From a bacterium (lineage in GTDB: Bacteria; Elusimicrobiota; Elusimicrobia; Elusimicrobiales; UBA9959), in assembly GCA_021786295.1 (NCBI GenBank), contig JAJYNO010000024.1, forward strand, positions 31,848 to 95,847: a stretch of DNA of 64,000 nucleotides, in the 5' to 3' direction. The notes beneath the pieces are model-generated. The model did not search any database. It saw nothing but the letters and a program-made list of their open reading frames with translations, and had not been told where the DNA came from. Shown one piece after another: positions 59,129 to 64,000 of the stretch (positions are counted from its first letter, which is position 1; each line of letters begins with the position of its first letter). The position numbers and the translations under genes are program-made.

Positions 59129-59656
59129 TCAGTTCGCGTCCTCCGCGTAAAGCGAGCCGCTGAGCGTGCCGGAGCCGCTGAGGCTGAAGTAGCCCGAGGT
59201 CGGCCACCCGCTCACCGAAACGCTGCCGGTGACGTTGACGGAGCCAACCGGCTTCCCGTCACGGTAGAGCGTCACGAAGACGCTGGGGTTGACGGTCTGG
59301 AAGACGTACTGGTTGGGCTTCACCCAGGCGGAGACCGAGGTGTTGATGTAGGTGCTGTTGCTGGTTATCTGTCCCGTGGCGTCGCGGAACGTGGCCCAGC
59401 CGGTGAGGTTCACCGTCGTGAAGCCGCCGTCGCTGCCGGGCATCCAGCCGCTGCCGTTCAGCGTGACGTAGGCCGAGACCTGCACGTACTGGCCGCCCCT
59501 GGCCTTGGCCGGGCGGGTGGGGGCCGGGACTGGCGCCGGAGTTTCCCCGCGGGCGGCCAGCTGCTTGGCGAACGACGCGCCGGGGAAAGCGGGTTCCGCG
59601 GCGTAAAGACCGGCCGTCAGGAAAGAGCAGAGCGCGGTCAGGAATATCTTTTTCAT
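59129..59656 (-). CDS. Hypothetical secreted protein
   Basis: 175 aa from MKKIFLTALCSFLTAGLYA (GGAGG SD 5 nt upstream). Ser/Gly/Thr/Val-rich, probably beta-rich. Confidence 0.55.
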   Translation of the reverse strand: MKKIFLTALCSFLTAGLYAAEPAFPGASFAKQLAARGETPAPVPAPTRPAKARGGQYVQVSAYVTLNGSGWMPGSDGGFTTVNLTGWATFRDATGQITSNSTYINTSVSAWVKPNQYVFQTVNPSVFVTLYRDGKPVGSVNVTGSVSVSGWPTSGYFSLSGSGTLSGSLYAEDAN

Positions 59657-59768
59657 GGTACCCTCCATAATACGGATTATACAAAACCGGCGGCCGGGTT
59701 TTACCTGGCCCGCGGCACTTTTGATATAGTATCAGGAAGGCGGGCGCCTGGCCCGCGGAGAGGACAAC

Positions 59769-61865
59769 ATGGAAAGGATAACCGCACATCCCGTTCTCCA
59801 GCCGGAGGAACGGAAAACAGTGAAATTCACTTTCGACGGACGGCCCTGCGAGGCGCTGGAGGGAGAGATGATCTCCAGCGCGCTGTTCGCCAACGGCATA
59901 AAGATCTTCAGCCGCCACAAGAAGGACGGAGCGCCGCAGGGCATCTTCTGCGCCAACGGGCAGTGCGCGCAATGCTCCGTGATCGCCGACGGGCTTACCG
60001 TGAAGTCCTGCGTGACCGCGGTGCGCGAAGGCATGGCCGTGGAGACGCTCAGGGGCGAGGCGCGCCTGCCGCGCACGGCCTGCGTGCAGGAGTTCGGCCG
60101 CGTGGAGGAACTTGACGTTGACGCGCTGATCATAGGCGGCGGCCCGTCGGGGCTGGCCGCCGCGGCCGAGCTGGGCAAGCTGGGCGTCAGCACGCTGATC
60201 ATAGACGACAAGGACCGCTTCGGCGGCAAGCTGGTGCTTCAGACGCACAAGTTCTTCGGCTCGGTGGAGGACTGCTTCGCCGGCACGCGCGGCGTGGACA
60301 TCGCCGGGAAGCTGGAGGAACAGCTTAAGGAATACCCGTCGGTGAAGGCCTGGGAGAACGCCACCTGCCTGGCGATATTCTCGGATAAGAAGGTAGGCGT
60401 GCTGCGCGGCGACCGGTACTGCCTGGTGCGCCCCCAGGCCGTCATAAGCGCCACCGGCGCGCGCGAGAAATCCCTGGCCTTCCCCGGCAACACGCTGCCC
60501 GGGGTCTACGGCGCGGGCGCCTTCCAGACGCTGGTCAACCGGGACCTGGTGCGGCCCGCGGAACGGCTTTTCATCGTCGGAGGCGGCAACGTGGGCCTGA
60601 TAGCGGCCTACCACGCGCTGCAGGCCGGCATACAGGTGGTCGGCCTCATAGAGGCCATGCCGAAATGCGGCGGCTACAAGGTGCACGAGGACAAGATACG
60701 CCGCCTCGGCGTGCCGGTGCTCACGCGCCACACCATAGTGCGCGCCGATGGCAAAGAGCAGCTCGAAAGCGTCACAATAGCCGAGGTGGACGAGAAGTTC
60801 GAGGTGAAGCCCGGCACCGGGAAGACCTTCAGGGCCGACACGCTGTTGATAGCGGTGGGGCTCTCCTCCGTGGACGAGTTCCACGCTCAGGCGAAGGAGG
60901 CCGGCATGCAGGCCTTCGTCTGCGGCGACGCCGAGGAGATAGCCGAGGCCTCGGCCGCGATGTTCAGCGGCAAGATCACCGCGCACAAGGTGCTGAAGGC
61001 CCTCGGCGTGATGGCCGCGCCGGTGCCCGAGTTCTGGTTCGAACGGCTCGAAGTGCTGAAGTCCCGCCCCGGGAACACCTGGCCCGTGGAAAATAAAACC
61101 CACGACAAGCCGGTCTACCCGGTGCTGCATTGCCGGCAGGAGATCCCCTGCAACCCGTGCGTGACCGTCTGCCCCAAGAAGTCCATCAAGCTCTCCGGAG
61201 AGAGCATCATGAGCGTGCCGAAGTTCGACGGGGAGTGCATAGGCTGCTACAAGTGCCTGCTGATCTGCCCAGGGCTGGCCATCACGATAGTGGACCGCCG
61301 CCGGGACCCGGCCAACCCGTCGGTGGCCATCCCGTTCGAGATAGGCCGCGGCCTGGTGAAGAAGGGCGACAGGGTGCGCCTGACCGCCCGCGAAGGCGGG
61401 GACCTGGGCGAGGCCGAGGTGCTGGACGTCAAGGACTTCAAGGCCGAGAACACGATGATAGTCGTAGTGAAGGCGGGGCCGGAGACCGCGGACCGCGCGG
61501 TCTCGCTGAGGCTGTACCCGGAGGAGGCCGGCGTGAAGGCCGCCGCGGACCTGGCGAAGGCCGACGACGAGACCGTTGTCTGCCGCTGCGAGCGCGTCAG
61601 CCTGGGCGAGATACGCCGGGCCATACGCTCGGGAGTGCGCGACCTCAACCAGCTCAAGGCCGTCACGCGCGCCGGCATGGGCGCCTGCGGCTCCAAGACC
61701 TGCTCGGTCATGCTGACGAACGTCTTCCGCAGCGAGGGCGTGGACCCCAGGGAGGTCACGCCGTTCACCCGGCGGCCGCTGTTCGTGGAGGCGCCGCTCG
61801 GAGTCTTCTCCGGCGTGAAATGCCGGACCGAGGCCGAGGATAAGGCCGGTTGGAGCGACTTTTAA
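59769..61865 (+). CDS. Multidomain Fe-S flavoprotein (HcnA+HcnB / opine oxidase A / proline dehydrogenase alpha-like)
   Basis: 698 aa. N-terminal 2Fe-2S (CANGQCAQCSV). FAD/NAD fold (DALIIGGGPSGLAAA; IVGGGNVGL). Two 4Fe-4S motifs (CNPCVTVCP, CIGCYKCLLICP). BFD-like 2Fe-2S (CRCERV...CGSKTC). Confidence 0.8.
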   Translation: MERITAHPVLQPEERKTVKFTFDGRPCEALEGEMISSALFANGIKIFSRHKKDGAPQGIFCANGQCAQCSVIADGLTVKSCVTAVREGMAVETLRGEARLPRTACVQEFGRVEELDVDALIIGGGPSGLAAAAELGKLGVSTLIIDDKDRFGGKLVLQTHKFFGSVEDCFAGTRGVDIAGKLEEQLKEYPSVKAWENATCLAIFSDKKVGVLRGDRYCLVRPQAVISATGAREKSLAFPGNTLPGVYGAGAFQTLVNRDLVRPAERLFIVGGGNVGLIAAYHALQAGIQVVGLIEAMPKCGGYKVHEDKIRRLGVPVLTRHTIVRADGKEQLESVTIAEVDEKFEVKPGTGKTFRADTLLIAVGLSSVDEFHAQAKEAGMQAFVCGDAEEIAEASAAMFSGKITAHKVLKALGVMAAPVPEFWFERLEVLKSRPGNTWPVENKTHDKPVYPVLHCRQEIPCNPCVTVCPKKSIKLSGESIMSVPKFDGECIGCYKCLLICPGLAITIVDRRRDPANPSVAIPFEIGRGLVKKGDRVRLTAREGGDLGEAEVLDVKDFKAENTMIVVVKAGPETADRAVSLRLYPEEAGVKAAADLAKADDETVVCRCERVSLGEIRRAIRSGVRDLNQLKAVTRAGMGACGSKTCSVMLTNVFRSEGVDPREVTPFTRRPLFVEAPLGVFSGVKCRTEAEDKAGWSDF

Positions 61866-61875
61866 AGGGATATCT

Positions 61876-63033
61876 ATGACCGAGAAGGATTACGACGTCG
61901 TCATCATAGGGGCCGGCAGCATAGGTACGCCGCTGGCCATGGCGCTGGCGGAGAGGAAGCTCAGGACGCTGGTGCTGGAAAAGGAAGCCTCCCCGGGCCA
62001 GGGCCAGAACAAGTGCGCCATAGGCGGCGTGCGCGCCACGCATTCCGACGGCTCCAAGATAAAGGCCTGCCTGCGCAGCCTCAAGGTCTTCTCCACTTGG
62101 AAAGAGAAGCACGGCGACGATATCGGCTGGATCAGGGGGGGCTACCTCTTCCCGGTATACACCGAGGGCGACGAGGCGGTCCTGAAGGAGCTGCTGAAGG
62201 TGCAGAAGGGCTTCGGCCTGAACATAGACTGGGTAGACCCGGAGCGGGTGAGGAAGCTGGTGCCGGGAATAGCGGAGAAGGACCTGCGCGGCGGCACGTA
62301 TTCCCCGGACGACGGGTCGGCCTCGCCGCTGCTGTCCGTCAACGCCTTCTACCGCCGCGCCGTAAAGCTCGGCGCGGAGTTCCGCTTCAAGGAGCCCGTA
62401 AAGGAGATAACGACAGAGAACGGGGAGGTCAGGGGCGTGCTCACGGCCCGGGCCCGCTACCGGGCGCGTTTCGTGGTCAACGCGGCCGGCGCGGAGGCCG
62501 CCGAGGTGTCGGAGCTGGCCGGAGTGAAGGCGCCGGTCAACCCGGATTGCCACGAGGCTGGCATAACGGAGCCCGCGGAGCGCTTCTTCGAGCCGATGGT
62601 GGTGGACATCCGCCCGGGAGACAAGTCCAAGAACTACTATTTCTACCAGAACTGGGAGGGGCAGATAGTGTTCTGCATGACGCCGCAGCCCCCCCTCTGG
62701 GGCCGCGACCGCCGCTCCACCTCGGAGTTCCTGCCGGAGATTTCCCGCCGCATGATCAACCTGCTGCCCGGCCTTTCCAACCTGCGGGTGCGGCGCACCT
62801 GGCGCGGACTGTATCCGATGACCCCCGACGGCTTCCCGGTAGTGGATTTCCCGCCCGCAGTGAAGGGCTACGTGCTGGCCGTGGGCATGTGCGGGCAGGG
62901 CTTCATGCTGGGGCCGGGCCTTGGCGAGGCGCTGGCGGCCCATATAGCCGGCTCCCCTTCCGCGGAGGACCGCGAGATCCTGGCGGGCTTCGGCCTCGCG
63001 CGCAGCTTCTCCGGCCAGGAAAAGCTGAAATAG
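61876..63033 (+). CDS. FAD-dependent oxidoreductase, DAO family (HcnC / sarcosine oxidase beta / opine oxidase B-like)
   Basis: 385 aa. YDVVIIGAGSIGTPLAMALA dinucleotide-binding motif. Confidence 0.85.
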   Translation: MTEKDYDVVIIGAGSIGTPLAMALAERKLRTLVLEKEASPGQGQNKCAIGGVRATHSDGSKIKACLRSLKVFSTWKEKHGDDIGWIRGGYLFPVYTEGDEAVLKELLKVQKGFGLNIDWVDPERVRKLVPGIAEKDLRGGTYSPDDGSASPLLSVNAFYRRAVKLGAEFRFKEPVKEITTENGEVRGVLTARARYRARFVVNAAGAEAAEVSELAGVKAPVNPDCHEAGITEPAERFFEPMVVDIRPGDKSKNYYFYQNWEGQIVFCMTPQPPLWGRDRRSTSEFLPEISRRMINLLPGLSNLRVRRTWRGLYPMTPDGFPVVDFPPAVKGYVLAVGMCGQGFMLGPGLGEALAAHIAGSPSAEDREILAGFGLARSFSGQEKLK

Positions 63034-63088
63034 CCCCGCCGGCCGCGCCGGCGCCCTTCTGGCCCCGGCCCCCGCGTATCAAGGTATA

Positions 63089-63117
63089 TTGACCCTGCGG
63101 TCAGTATGGTGTATACT
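63089..63117 (+). promoter_or_regulatory. Candidate sigma70 promoter with overlapping palindromic operator, upstream of the TolC-like gene
   Basis: TTGACC 63089-63094, 17 nt, TATACT 63112-63117. Inverted repeat ATATTGACC (63086-94) / GGTCAGTAT (63099-107), 1 mismatch. Confidence 0.55.
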
Positions 63118-63180
63118 TACCGCTAGGTAAAAAACAGGAGGGGCGGGCGCAATAAAACCACCTGCCCGGGCGTTATACTG

Positions 63181-64000
63181 ATGATGAAAAAACTACCACT
63201 TACCGCGTTGGCGCTGCTGGCGACGGCGTCGCTGGCGGCCGCCGCGCCGGAGCCGCCGCTGGAGCTCACCTGGCAGGACTGCGTGGCGGCGGCCGTGCAG
63301 AACAATCCCGCCCTGAAGGCGCAGAAAGCCACGGTGGAACAGTACAAGTATCTCTACCAGGCCGGCTTCAACGCCTATCTGCCCTCGGTCGACATCTCGC
63401 ATTCCGTCACCAGGAGCGGGGCGCAGCTCTCCTCTCCTTACGACAGGGTCAGCACGTCCCTGTCGGCCAGCCAGGACCTGCTTAACCTGAAGTCCCTCTC
63501 CTCTATAAGGAGCGCCAAGCTGGCTTACGAGAAGGCCGACGCGGACTACCGGGCGGAGTCCGCCAGTCTCCGCCAGACCCTCTACACCGCGTTCATCAAC
63601 CTGGTCTACGCGCAGGACAATCTGGCCACCCAGAAGAAGATCCTGGTCATAAGGCAGAACAATTCCCAGCTGGTCGCGCTGGACTACGAGAGCGGCACCG
63701 AGTCCAAGGGCAACATGCTCTATTCCCAGGCGCTGACCCAGCTCTCCAGCTCCAGCGTCAGGCAGGCGGGGCGCAGCCTGGACAGCGCGCGCCTGGACCT
63801 GCTCAGCGCCATGGGCTACTCCGATTACCGGCCTATAGTCGCCAAGGCCGACCTGACGGCCCCCGACTACACGCTGGACACCTCCGGCCTGAAAGACCTG
63901 GTGGAGAAGGTCCCGCAGATAGAATCCCAGGAGAAGAGCCTTGAAAGCCTGAAGGAAAAGATGCTCAGCGCCAAGTACGACCTTTATCCGACCCTTATGG
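63181..64000 (+). CDS. TolC-family outer-membrane efflux protein, 5' part (continues beyond window; not in ORF track)
   Basis: Own translation: MMKKLPLTALALLATASLAAA signal, then LTWQDCVAAAVQNNPALKAQKATVEQ...YLPSVD. Heptad-like coiled-coil region typical of OEP family. Open frame to the window end. Confidence 0.8.
   Translation, partial: MMKKLPLTALALLATASLAAAAPEPPLELTWQDCVAAAVQNNPALKAQKATVEQYKYLYQAGFNAYLPSVDISHSVTRSGAQLSSPYDRVSTSLSASQDLLNLKSLSSIRSAKLAYEKADADYRAESASLRQTLYTAFINLVYAQDNLATQKKILVIRQNNSQLVALDYESGTESKGNMLYSQALTQLSSSSVRQAGRSLDSARLDLLSAMGYSDYRPIVAKADLTAPDYTLDTSGLKDLVEKVPQIESQEKSLESLKEKMLSAKYDLYPTLM

Overview
High-GC (roughly 65%) bacterial chromosomal window, almost fully coding, spanning the replication-origin neighbourhood (dnaA-dnaN-DUF721/dciA-gyrB-gyrA on the minus strand). 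Two perfect DnaA boxes and an AT-rich candidate oriC lie upstream of dnaA. Other contents: a near-complete futalosine menaquinone cluster (radical SAM, mqnA, radical SAM, mqnD, mqnB). An 11-gene NADH:quinone oxidoreductase operon (nuoA-B-C-D-H-I-J-K-L-M-N) with no nuoEFG. A co-directional aconitase/ATP-citrate lyase (aclB, aclA)/monomeric isocitrate dehydrogenase cluster. tldD/pmbA, a nadD-yqeK fusion, pilT, a cNMP-binding protein, rsfS, argS, nadA, a GH13 amylase, rlmN, folD, an ECF sigma factor with a DUF4097 partner, and a HcnABC/opine-oxidase-like Fe-S flavoenzyme pair. A 5' partial TolC-like gene (63181 to window end) is missing from the ORF track. Many genes are coupled by 1- or 4-nt start/stop overlaps, so several track ORFs needed shorter starts. 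No rRNA, tRNA, CRISPR or recognisable transposase was seen. Best novelty candidates: (1) a near-consensus promoter, a ~290-nt GC-rich non-coding leader and an intrinsic terminator ahead of an unknown polytopic membrane protein (9816-10198), riboswitch/attenuator or sRNA-like. (2) A ~200-nt intergenic region with nested helices after argS. (3) A 101-bp AT-rich element with perfect 25-bp terminal inverted repeats. (4) A secreted, very basic repeat protein in the folD operon. The many long antisense ORFs look like GC-composition artefacts. Taxon cannot be assigned from sequence alone; PilT and TolC suggest a diderm.
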